Of a DNA stretch of 17,306 bases, positions 7,548 through 17,306 are shown piece after piece; the stretch's first letter is position 1, and the number at the start of each line of letters is the position of its first letter. This stretch comes from Octopus sinensis (taxonomy: Eukaryota). The stretch lies in contig NW_021824900.1 of the NCBI RefSeq assembly GCF_006345805.1, positions 1 through 17,306 on the forward strand, read 5' to 3'. The notes beneath the pieces were generated by a model. That model made no database searches. It was not told the DNA's origin and saw only the letters and a list, made by a program, of their open reading frames with translations. The position numbers were made by a program, and so were the translations under genes.

Positions 7548-9308
7548 TTGCCACCAGCGGCCTAGTGGGAAAAAATTAAATAGTCATAGACCATTTTTAA
7601 GTTCAACATCACAATCAAGGAACGGCCATAATAGGCCATTCACCCACTAGAAATAACAGCCCAAGCTTCAACCGCAAAATAACATCAATTCCGTAAACCA
7701 GGAGAAAATTAAAAAATTTACCCTGTAATTTCTTATACGATGCACCGTTTCATCTACTGTTTAATGGTAAACTAACCTGATTAAATTAAATCAAGCCAAT
7801 CTTCCATAGGCCCTTAGAATCATCAGTAAGAAATAGCCAAGTCGGAACAGATATTTTCACGAGGCATTTCTGTCCCTGCCTCGGCAATATCTGACCTAAA
7901 ATTTTCAAATCATCGCACTCGCGCCAAATTTATCGGCAGCAAATAAATATAAGCCGCCGATTCCATTACGGAATTAACCAGAAAATTCATAATTAATCAA
8001 TATAGGGTGGCAAAAAATTTTGTAGAATTTTTTTTTTTTTTTGCCACCAGCGGCCTAGTGGGAAAAAATTAAATAGTCATATACCATTTTTAAGTTCAAC
8101 ATCACAATCAAGGAACGGCCATAATAGGCCATTCACCCACTAGAAATAACAGCCCAAGCTTCAACCGCAAAATAACATCAATTCCGTAAACCAGGAGAAA
8201 ATTAAAAAACATTTACCCTGTAATTTCTTATACGATGCACCGTTTCATCTACTGTTTAATGGTAACTAACCTGATTAAATTAAATCAAGCCAATCTTCCA
8301 TAGGCCCTTAGAATCATCAGTAAGAAATAGCCAAGTCGGAACAGATATTTTCACGAGGCATTTCTGTCCCTGCCTCGGCAATATCTGACCTAAAATTTTC
8401 AAATCATCGCACTCGCGCCAATTTATCGGCAGCAAATAAATATAAGCCGCCGATTCCATTACGGAATTAACCAGAAAATTCATAATTAATCAATATAGGG
8501 TGGCAAAAAATTTTGTAGAATTTTTTTTTTTTTTGCCACAGCGGCCTAGTGGGAAAAAATTAAATAGTCATAGACCATTTTTAAGTTCAACATCACAATC
8601 AAGGAACGGCCATAATAGGCCATTCACCCACTAGAAATAACAGCCAAAGCTTCAACCGCAAAATAACATCAATTCCGTAAACCAGCTTGATTGGCTTGAT
8701 TTAAGTTAATCAGGTTAGTTTACCATTAAACAGTAGATGAAACGGTGCATCGTATAAGAAATTACAGGGTAAATGTTTTTTAATTTTCTCCTGGTTTACG
8801 GAATTGATGTTATTTTGCGGTTTAAGCTTTTGGCTGTTATTTCTAGTGGGTGAATGGCCTATTATGGCCGTTCCTTGATTGTGATGTTGAACTTAAAAAT
8901 GGTCTATGACTATTTAATTTTTTCCCACTAGGCCGCTGGTGGCAAAAAAAAAAAAAAATTCTACAAAATTTTTTGCCACCCTATATTGATTAATTATGAA
9001 TTTTCTGGTTAATTCCGTAATGGAATCGGCGGCTTATATTTATTTGCTGCCGATAAATTTGGCGCGAGTGCGATGATTTGAAAATTTTAGGTCAGATATT
9101 GCCGAGGCAGGGACAGAAATGCCTCGTGAAAATATCTGTTCCGACTTGGCTATTTCTTACTGATGATTCTAAGGGCCTATGGAAGATTGGCTTGATTTAA
9201 TTTAATCAGGTTAGTTTACCATTAAACAGTAGATGAAACGGTGCATCGTATAAGAAATCTGGGTAAGTATGTTTTTTAATTTTCTCCTTTTTTGCCACCC
9301 TATATTGA

Positions 9309-9314
<6 letters not shown>
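7548..9314. repeat. ~493-bp tandem repeat array with an internal inversion (fold-back), bounded by (TA)n tracts
   Basis: Forward units start at 7548, 8041 and 8533 (third partial, to 8685). From 8688 the sequence is the reverse complement of the unit to 9287, followed by a 27-bp reversed unit end at 9288-9314. Confidence 0.93.
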
Positions 9315-9348
<34 letters not shown>

Positions 9349-9349
<1 letters not shown>

Positions 9350-10526
9350 CAGGTCATCCCATAAGTAACGCCCGCCGGACTTCTATATTTTCAATTTGTA
9401 AAAGCTTTAACCGTATTTTAGAATGTTTAATGGTATCAAGTAATATTTATATGTTTATGGGCATATCTAAACCAATTGAATTTCATTTTGTAGGATAATA
9501 TAATTGAAATTTCATTAATTATAACTCTTCAATCATGGAAAAGTCTAGGGAGAATTTAAGGCACATAATGTTTGATGACTTTAAAAAAGGGAACACTGCA
9601 GCTGAAGCAACTCGAAATATTCACTCAGCTTATGGAAAATAATGCCTGGATGGAAGAACTTGCAGAAGATGGTTTGTAAAATTCAGAAGAGGAGATTCCA
9701 GCCATGAAGCTGAAGTTCCGAACAGGACGCCCAATTGAGTTTGCTGACATGCTCCTTTTTGGCAGAACTTGAAAAATGTCATACCAGTTTCACTTGAATT
9801 GGCAAGCAAGCTTCGTTCAAGCCAAACAACTGTTGACTGCCATATTCAACGGCTTGGAAATGTCCCAAAACTCGGAAAATTTGTGTCTCAAATTTCTCTG
9901 AAGTCAATCGCAAATCCCAGGTGGACATCTGCTCTTCGCTTCATTCTCGTGAAATCATCTCGTCCTTTTTGAACAGACAAATGGGTCTTTTATAAAAACG
10001 TTAAGCGTTGTAGACATTGGCTTGGTGAAGGGGAAAAGGCCCAACAATAACTGAAAAATGGAACTCGATGTGAAGAATGTTCTTCTCTCTGTTTGGTGAA
10101 GTTGCGAAAGAGTCATCCACTTTGATGATACCAACTAATGCAACAATCAATGCTCAAATCTACTGTCAGCAATTAGAACGTTTGAATACTGCTTTGAAGA
10201 AAAAATGGCCTGCTTTAGTGAATCGAGGGAGTGATGTTTCATCGGGATAAAGCAAGACCTCACTCAGCAAAGATCACCTCACAGAAGGTCGAGAAAATTA
10301 CTCGTCCACCTTATTCCCTAGCCCTTGGTCCTCCAGATTACCATCTGTTCCGTAGTTTACAGAATCAGTTGGATTGATTAACTCTAGAAACAACTGAGAA
10401 AGTCGAATTGACCTTTTACAGTGTTCTCTAGGAAATCAAAAGAGTTTTTCGCTAATAGAGCTAAAAAAGATTTGATAACTCGTTTTTCTTATTTAAAGTC
10501 CGGATATTATTAATGGGATGATCTGA
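9349..10526 (+). mobile_element. Decayed mariner (Tc1/mariner) DNA transposon with both TIRs
   Basis: 26-bp imperfect TIRs TCAGGTCATCCCATAAGTAACGCCCG (9349-9374) and 10501-10526 (6 mismatches); TA at 9347-9348 and 10527-10528. Confidence 0.93.
9535..10440 (+). pseudogene. Mariner transposase pseudogene (end coordinate approximate)
   Basis: MEKSRENLRHIM...TCRRWFVKFRRG (HTH), RTGRP, KLGKFV (WVPHEL region), KWVFYKNVKR, FHRDKARPH, PPYSLALGPPDYHLFRSLQN. Stops, frameshifts, and the first catalytic Asp (GDEKW) is deleted. Confidence 0.92.
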
Positions 10527-10551
10527 TATATATATATATATATGTATAATT

Positions 10552-10701
10552 CGGGGCTTCTTTCAGTTTCCATTTACCAAACCTACCGTCAAGGCTTTGG
10601 TCCGCCCACTGCTATAGTAGAAGACATTTGCCTAAGTGGGACTGAACCAGGAGTCATGGGATTTGGAACTAAACTTATTACCATACATCCACACCTGCGC
10701 C
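10552..10701 (-). mobile_element. tRNA-derived SINE, 5' half
   Basis: Minus strand starts GGCGCAGGTGTGGATGTATGG (A-box-like) with GGTTCAGTCCCAC (B-box-like); homologous to 11871-11996 (CTTTCAGTTTC...CAAGGCTTTG...AGAAGACA...GTGGGACTGAACC). Confidence 0.8.
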
Positions 10702-11207
10702 TAGCATTCCTGTTTATAAACCATTTAGTAACAAACGCAAGTGAGTTTCTTAAAACACGGCGTGTACGTTTCTATTATGTTATTCAAACACAAAAGTGTG
10801 TTCCTACTCGATTTTTGTACATACGCACCAATTTGCTATTCGCCCATACGACATGCAAAAATTTCAATGAAAAACAATAACCACTAACATAAACATCATC
10901 ATAACTATAACAACACCATATTGTGCGTCTGCTCTTCACGTTTTTTTTTTATCTGATCAAGATGTAAAAACTGCTCGGATTATAACAGTATCAACATAGT
11001 TGACAATGATTAATTTCAATTACAACGATATCGTTTCGATCATATACAAGTACTGCGATTTGTTGATTTATCATAACAAACATTCTCCCTCACCTTGTCA
11101 CTCTCGCAGCAACTCACTTTTTAATGTTTTAGTTTGTATTTTTCAATTTTTACATATTTCATATATTTATACAAACACCTCACGACACAAATACTTACAC
11201 ATACATA

Positions 11208-11208
11208 A

Positions 11209-11280
<72 letters not shown>

Positions 11281-11281
11281 A

Positions 11282-11343
<62 letters not shown>

Positions 11344-11408
11344 TTATGTATATATATATATCTGTATATATATATATATACATATATATATGTATATATA
11401 TATATGTT

Positions 11409-11451
<43 letters not shown>
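11208..11451. repeat. (TA)n microsatellite, interrupted
   Basis: Directly visible. Confidence 0.97.
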
Positions 11452-11452
<1 letters not shown>

Positions 11453-11530
11453 GCACATATATTTATTATTTCTTCTTACCCTCTATCATTTCTTGTTTTC
11501 TTTTACTTAAGGAAAACATTATTCGCTTCT

Positions 11531-11790
11531 TTCATTCATTAGAATACGGCCGTGCTGGGGCACCGCCTAGAGGAATTTTTTGTCAAACTAATCGACCTGT
11601 GCTTATTGTCTCTTTTTTTTAAAGTCTGGTAGTCATTCTATCGAGCTCTTTACCGAACCGCTAGATTAGGGCAACATAGACACACCAACGCAGCGTGTCA
11701 AGTGGTGGGAGTTTGTGACAAACACAGACACAAAGATACACAAGCATATATATATACATATATATATATGTGTATATATATAAATATATG

Positions 11791-11830
<40 letters not shown>

Positions 11831-11996
11831 CATACACACACACCACATATATATATATTTACACATATACGACAGGCCCCTTTCAGTTTCTGTCTATCAA
11901 ATCTTCTTACAAGGCTTTGATTAGTCCGAGAAGACACATTGCAAAAAGATGCGATGCAGTGGGACTGAACCCGGTAACATGTGGTTTGGAAGCGCC
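11531..11996 (-). mobile_element. tRNA-derived SINE, near full length, with internal (TA)n expansion and a partly deleted head
   Basis: Shares its 5' half with 10552-10701. B-box-like GGTTCAGTCCCAC is present but the A-box region is missing. The body (GGCCGTGCTGGGGCACCGCC, CCGAACCGCTA, GACAAACACAGACAC) matches my recollection of octopus SINEs. Confidence 0.78.
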
Positions 11997-12051
11997 GAAG
12001 TGTTGAAACGATCGTTGTGATAAATAAAACATTTCGTAAATTCCATTTCCA

Positions 12052-12055
12052 CTCT

Positions 12056-12086
<31 letters not shown>

Positions 12087-12134
12087 GTCATTGTGTTACC
12101 TATATACATATATATATATATACATATATATATA

Positions 12135-12218
<84 letters not shown>
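12052..12218. repeat. (CT)n and (TA)n microsatellites
   Basis: Directly visible: (CT)n 12052-12086, (TA)n ~12101-12218. Confidence 0.96.
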
Positions 12219-12222
<4 letters not shown>

Positions 12223-12623
12223 ACACATATACATACAAACTATTGCCAAACCTTAGAATTCGCCTTTCTTTCTTTCCTTTCCTTCTCTCTATTTCTTTTT
12301 CCTGTTTTATTTTTTTTGCTTTAAAAAAAATCTATGGGCAATTAGTTTTTGTGTGATATGTTTAACAATTCATAGCTTTTTATTTTTATAAATATAAAAG
12401 TTCGTCTCTAAACTTGAAGAAATGTATTTACAGATAAATTGTCAAAACAATAAATATATCAGTGAAATTTTAATAAAAGCCTTCATACTATATAGCCTTG
12501 AGATGCTAAAAGATCTCTAGATATAGTAGAACTCTATCTTTAAGGTGCCTGAATTTCTAAGTGTAAATTTCCTTTAAAATCGATATTATACATCATCATT
12601 GTTTAAATGGTGATCATGAAAAT

Positions 12624-12700
12624 ACACACACACACACACACACACACGCGCACACACCACACACACAAACACCACACACCCACACGTTCACATGCACACA
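12624..12700. repeat. Degenerate (CA)n tract
   Basis: Directly visible. Confidence 0.9.
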
Positions 12701-12965
12701 CGCAATGTTACGCACGCACGCAGAGTACAGATTACATGTTTCTATTAACAGCGCAGCTTGTATTTTGCTCGGGGTTTAAGAAGCAATATTTATCATACGA
12801 AGATGATTAATTGCTGTGAGTCATAATGAATTTTCCCGTTCCTTAGGAGAAAATCACTCAACTTTTTAAAAGACTCCCTCACCTCACTCTAACATTTATA
12901 ACAAGAACAAAAAATATGTAGAAAACACAACGAAAGCGAAAATGATGTGAGTGATTGAGAGAATG

Positions 12966-13035
12966 GATGTGTGTGCGTGTATGTGTATGTGTGTGTTTGT
13001 GTGTGTATTTGTGTGTATGTTAGTTTGTGCGTGTG
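12966..13035. repeat. Degenerate (GT)n tract
   Basis: Directly visible. Confidence 0.9.
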
Positions 13036-13114
13036 TGTGCTTGATGCGAAAGTTTTTTAAGGATTAATATAAGAAAATATAAACCCATAAAATATTGGAA
13101 ATTCCTATACAATA

Positions 13115-13337
13115 TGTGCATGTGTACATACACACACATATAAACACACAAATACAAATACACAGAAACACAAACACACGCGCGCGCGCACACACATACA
13201 TACACGCGTACACATACACGCATATATATGTATATGTGTGTAGTGACAGGGAATCAGACATAGAGAGAAAGTTATACATAAGCATACACGCATACACTCA
13301 TGCATACACACACGAATATGAACACACAGCCATACAC

Positions 13338-13375
<38 letters not shown>

Positions 13376-13669
13376 CATATACATACAGAGGTGCATATAT
13401 ATACAAATGTACATACATACATGCATGCATGCATACATACATACACACACATACATACATACATACACACATACATACATACATACATACACACATACAT
13501 ACATACATACATACATGCACACATACATACATACACACATACATACATACTTACATACATATATAATACATACATACATACACACATACATACAAACACA
13601 CATACATACATACATAAATACATACATGCATGTATGCATACATACACACATGCATACATACATACATAA
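13115..13669. repeat. Compound (CA)n/(TA)n/(TACA)n microsatellite
   Basis: Directly visible; abuts the LINE 3' end. Confidence 0.95.
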
Positions 13670-16173
13670 ATGATGGCTGCCCCCTCGTTATCGTGTATGG
13701 CCATTGCACGAAGCTTAACTGTTACTGGTGCTGTGATCGTATGTGACTTTTTAGCCCAGCTAAAGATCTACAATGTCTTGTACATAATTGGTAATAGCTA
13801 GCTGTAGTTGTAACTGGGCTTCATGGACCTTTGCATGTCGTTTAAGTCCCCCTGCCGAATTACACTCTCTTCCACATGCCCGACAGATATGATTAGTATT
13901 GTGTGTTACACCACCACCAGTGGCCAGGTTTTTTTATGACTACGAAGATGACTCATGAGTCCAGCTTTACTGAGGCAGGGTCTTGCACAGACATTGCATG
14001 TCAGAATCAAAGGAAGACCCTTCCCTTCTGGAAGTGTAACAGCAATGCCCTTCCTGACATCCCTCCTTACTTTCTCATGTGCAACTCGAGATTTCTCAAA
14101 CGTGGCTGCCCCCTCATGCACAATCCTTCTCCACCTGCTACGATCAATAGCTATGCTTTCCCATGTGTCAGGAGAGATGCAAGCATCTCTTAAGGAAGCC
14201 TTCAGCAAGTCCTTATGTCTCTTTTTTGGTTTATGTGGAGGTCGTTCTCCTCTAGCTAACTCTCCATAAAAGAGTTGTTTTGGCATCCTTGAATCCTTCA
14301 TTCTCACTAGATGACCACTCTATCTGAGCCTTTGCTTTAACACAAGAGCTTCTATACTTACACACCGAGAGCCTTCGTGTATTTCAAGATCACTGATGCG
14401 GTTCTTCCATTTAATGCCATAGATCCGTCTGAGGCACATCTGATGGAAACGTTCCAGTTGTTTAAGGTGACCCACGTCTCGCAGGCATAGAGAAGAGAAG
14501 GAAGCACACATGCCTTGTACACCTTTATCTTTATCTTTCTGCATATACCTCGCCGACTCCAGAGGTGCTTTTCTAGCATTCCGAAAGCAACACATGCTTT
14601 CCTAATTCTGTATGGAATTTCATCATCCACATTGCCATATCTATTAATAGTGCTTCCCAGGTAGACAAACTGATCCACTACATCAAGTCGTTTACCATTC
14701 ACATAGATATTTGGTACATTATACTGCTTACCAGGGGCAGGTTGATGCATGACAACAGTTTTCCTGAGATTGACTGTCAATGCTAAAGCAGTGCAAGCAT
14801 CAAAGAATGCATTCAAAATGTGTTGCATATCAATCTCTGTGTGTGCTACTAGCTCACAATCATCAGCATACAAAAGATCTCTTATGACAGAGGTAAATAT
14901 GTTGTTTTGCAGCAAGGCGTCTGATATTATATATGCTGCCAGAATTCCGATAATGGACGTAAACAGTGTATCTGCAGTTTCTGATTGCAATGCGAAATAT
15001 ATGGATAATAGGGTCGGGGCCAGAATATCCCATGTTTCACTCCATTTTGTATTGAAATGGGCTCCGACATTTTCCCTCTAATATTCACCCTACCATTCAC
15101 GTCTTCATGAAAATACCTAACCAAAGCAAGGAACTTTTCAGGACACCAAGTTTCTGGAGGACTTTCCACAATGCTTTTCTATGACGGTATCAAAGGCTTT
15201 TATCAGATCGACAAAAACCTGATACAAATCCAGACCCTGTTCCACACACTTTTCTGAAGCTGTCTAGCTGAAAAGATCATATCAGCAGTGCCACATCCCA
15301 CACGAAAGCCAGATTGACTTTCTGAAAGAACACAATCTGCAATGTATTTCAGCAGACGATCCAGAAGTATCCTGCATAAAACTTTCCTACGACAGACAGC
15401 AATGATACTCCCCTATAATTACCACAATCATTCCTGTTGCCCTTCCCCTATACAGGACCATCATTACTGCATCTCTTCAGTCCTCAAGTACAGATTCACT
15501 AGTCCATATCTTACCAAACAAAGAGTGAAGTTTCTGAAAGAATTTTCTCACCACCATGCTGTAACAACTCCGCATGTATGCCATCCATACCCGGAGACTT
15601 CCCATTATTCAACCTTGAGACAGCCATTGCAACTTCTTCCAGCTTTGGTGGTTCTGCGAGGGCCGCCTTCACAGGTAATCCAGGGATGAGATTGAGAACA
15701 TCCTCACTAATTACAGACTGCTGAATCAAAAGTTCATCAAAATGTTCTTGCCACCTTTGCAGAATTCCTTGTGAATCACGAAGAAGTTCTTTACCATCCC
15801 TGCTTCGAATTGGTGTCATCAGGGAAGATGTCGGTGCATAAACTTCTCGCAAGAGACCATACGACAACTTTGTGATATTGGAATCTGATGCCGCCTGTAT
15901 CTCGTCAGCCTTCTTGCTCCACCACGTATCCCTCATCTGAGAGAGCTTTTGCCTCACACGTGATTTTACGTCCTTGAGTTCCCTATGCAGCACTTCCTTT
16001 CCTGTGACTTTTGCTGACAAATAGCGTGACAAAGTACGTCTTTATCAGCCAATAAATCATCTATATGTTCATCATTTTCTTTGAACCAATCTTGATGCTT
16101 TCTTTATATCAATCCAGAACTTTTTGCTTATATCATAAACTGACTGTTTAAGGGTCGGCAATCCTCCCCAATA
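13670..16173 (-). mobile_element. Decayed RTE-clade LINE: endonuclease-RT linker, RT, C-terminal C2H2 finger, 3'UTR
   Basis: KSPGMDGIHAELLQHGG, DLIKAFD region, NGVKHG, LLYADDC, FVYLGS, KVYKACVLPSLLYACETW, QLERFHQMCLRRI, RMPKQLFYGEL, CNVCARPCLSKAGLMSHLRSH; stop at 13906-13908; 3' end ...GGCAGCCATCAT. Many frameshifts. Confidence 0.93.
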
Positions 16174-16879
16174 TACATACATACTTACATACATACATAC
16201 ATACATAAATACATACATACATACACCATACATACATGCATACACACACATACATACACATACATACATACAGACATACATACATACATAAATACATACA
16301 TACATACACACATACATACATACCACATACATACATACACATACATACATACTTACATACATACATACATACATACACACATACATGCATATATACACAC
16401 ATACATACTTACATACATACATCATACTTACATACATACATACATACTTACATACACACATACATACACTACTTACATACATACATACATACATACACAC
16501 ATACATACATACCCACATACATACATACTTACATAATACGTACATACATACATACATATATACATACAAACACATATGCATACATACTTACATACACACA
16601 TACATACATACACACATACATACATACTTACATACATACATACATATATACACACATACATACATACATGCACACATACATACACACTGACATACATACA
16701 TACTTACATACATACATACATACATACATACACACATACATACGTACACACATACATACATACATACATACACACATACATACATACCTACATATATACA
16801 TACATACATACACACATGCTTACATACTTACATACATACATAGATACATACACACATACATACATACACACATACATAC

Positions 16880-16910
<31 letters not shown>

Positions 16911-17051
16911 CATACACACATACATACATATATACATACACACTTACATACATACCTACCTACATACATACATACATACACACATACATACATACTTACA
17001 TACATATATAAATACATACATACACACATACATACATACACACATACATAC

Positions 17052-17082
<31 letters not shown>

Positions 17083-17171
17083 CACACATACATACATACA
17101 TACATACATACATGCATACATACATACATACATACATACATACATACATACATACATACATACATACATAC
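16174..17171. repeat. ~1-kb (TACA)n microsatellite with TACAC and TACT variants
   Basis: Directly visible. Confidence 0.98.
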
Positions 17172-17306
17172 TACTTCCTTCCCTGAGGCATGATATAGTT
17201 GCAAAGATATTTTTTACAATGCTCCCTGCAGTAAAGTCTGCCCTGACATATACATCAAAAGCATTTAGAACCAGCAGGTATTCACACCATGGGGTGCTTC
17301 ACAAGT
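17172..17306 (-). mobile_element. Probable upstream continuation of the RTE LINE
   Basis: Removing the microsatellite joins ...GAA GGA AGT ATT GGG GAG GAT TGC CCG-like sequence (EGSIGED..TLKQSVYDISK), which resembles the RTE linker. Similarity further upstream is weak. Confidence 0.55.

Noticed and set aside
8280-8483. 67-aa ORF within the 493-bp unit
   Set aside because: No recognisable motif, and the frame is altered by an indel in sibling copies.
9160-9190. CTGATGA in the 493-bp unit as a hammerhead core
   Set aside because: No GAAA after the putative stem II and no stems I or III.
7548-9314. CRISPR-like or prokaryotic repeat system
   Set aside because: Units are ~493 bp with no unique spacers, no cas genes, and the context is eukaryotic.
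10552-11996. tRNA genes
   Set aside because: Only A/B-box-like heads fused to SINE bodies; no complete cloverleaf.
11121-13704. Many overlapping ORFs rich in Y/I/H/T/M/C/V
   Set aside because: They are translations of (TA)n, (CA)n and (TACA)n tracts that lack stops in several frames.
13903-15689. Plus-strand ORFs of 91-115 aa
   Set aside because: Antisense shadows of the RTE coding sequence.
16072-17193. 316-aa and 205-aa His/Thr/Tyr/Ile ORFs
   Set aside because: Pure (TACA)n read-through, open on both strands, with no coding signal.

Overview
Eukaryotic, AT-rich, repeat-saturated DNA with no recognisable host gene. The SINE family and microsatellite spectrum resemble octopus/cephalopod DNA (my recollection, not verified). 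Left to right: (i) 1-4270, three related but non-identical RLE-type (R4/Dong-like) non-LTR retrotransposon remnants plus two 3'-end stubs, all on the minus strand and interleaved with (ATT)n/(CAT)n/(CTT)n microsatellites; (ii) 5685-7449, a Penelope-like module missed by the ORF track: a GIY-YIG endonuclease pseudogene, a decayed hammerhead-like motif, and a 383-bp inverted repeat carrying a second hammerhead-like motif in each arm; (iii) 7548-9314, a ~493-bp tandem repeat that folds back on itself; (iv) 9349-10526, a decayed mariner with both TIRs and TA TSDs; (v) two tRNA-derived SINE copies and long (TA)n/(TACA)n tracts; (vi) 13670-17306, a decayed RTE-clade LINE apparently split by a 1-kb (TACA)n tract. 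Most long ORFs in the supplied track are microsatellite artefacts. I see no intact new gene system. The best leads are the Penelope/hammerhead/inverted-repeat module, the TAA-microsatellite-associated R4/Dong cluster, and the fold-back repeat.
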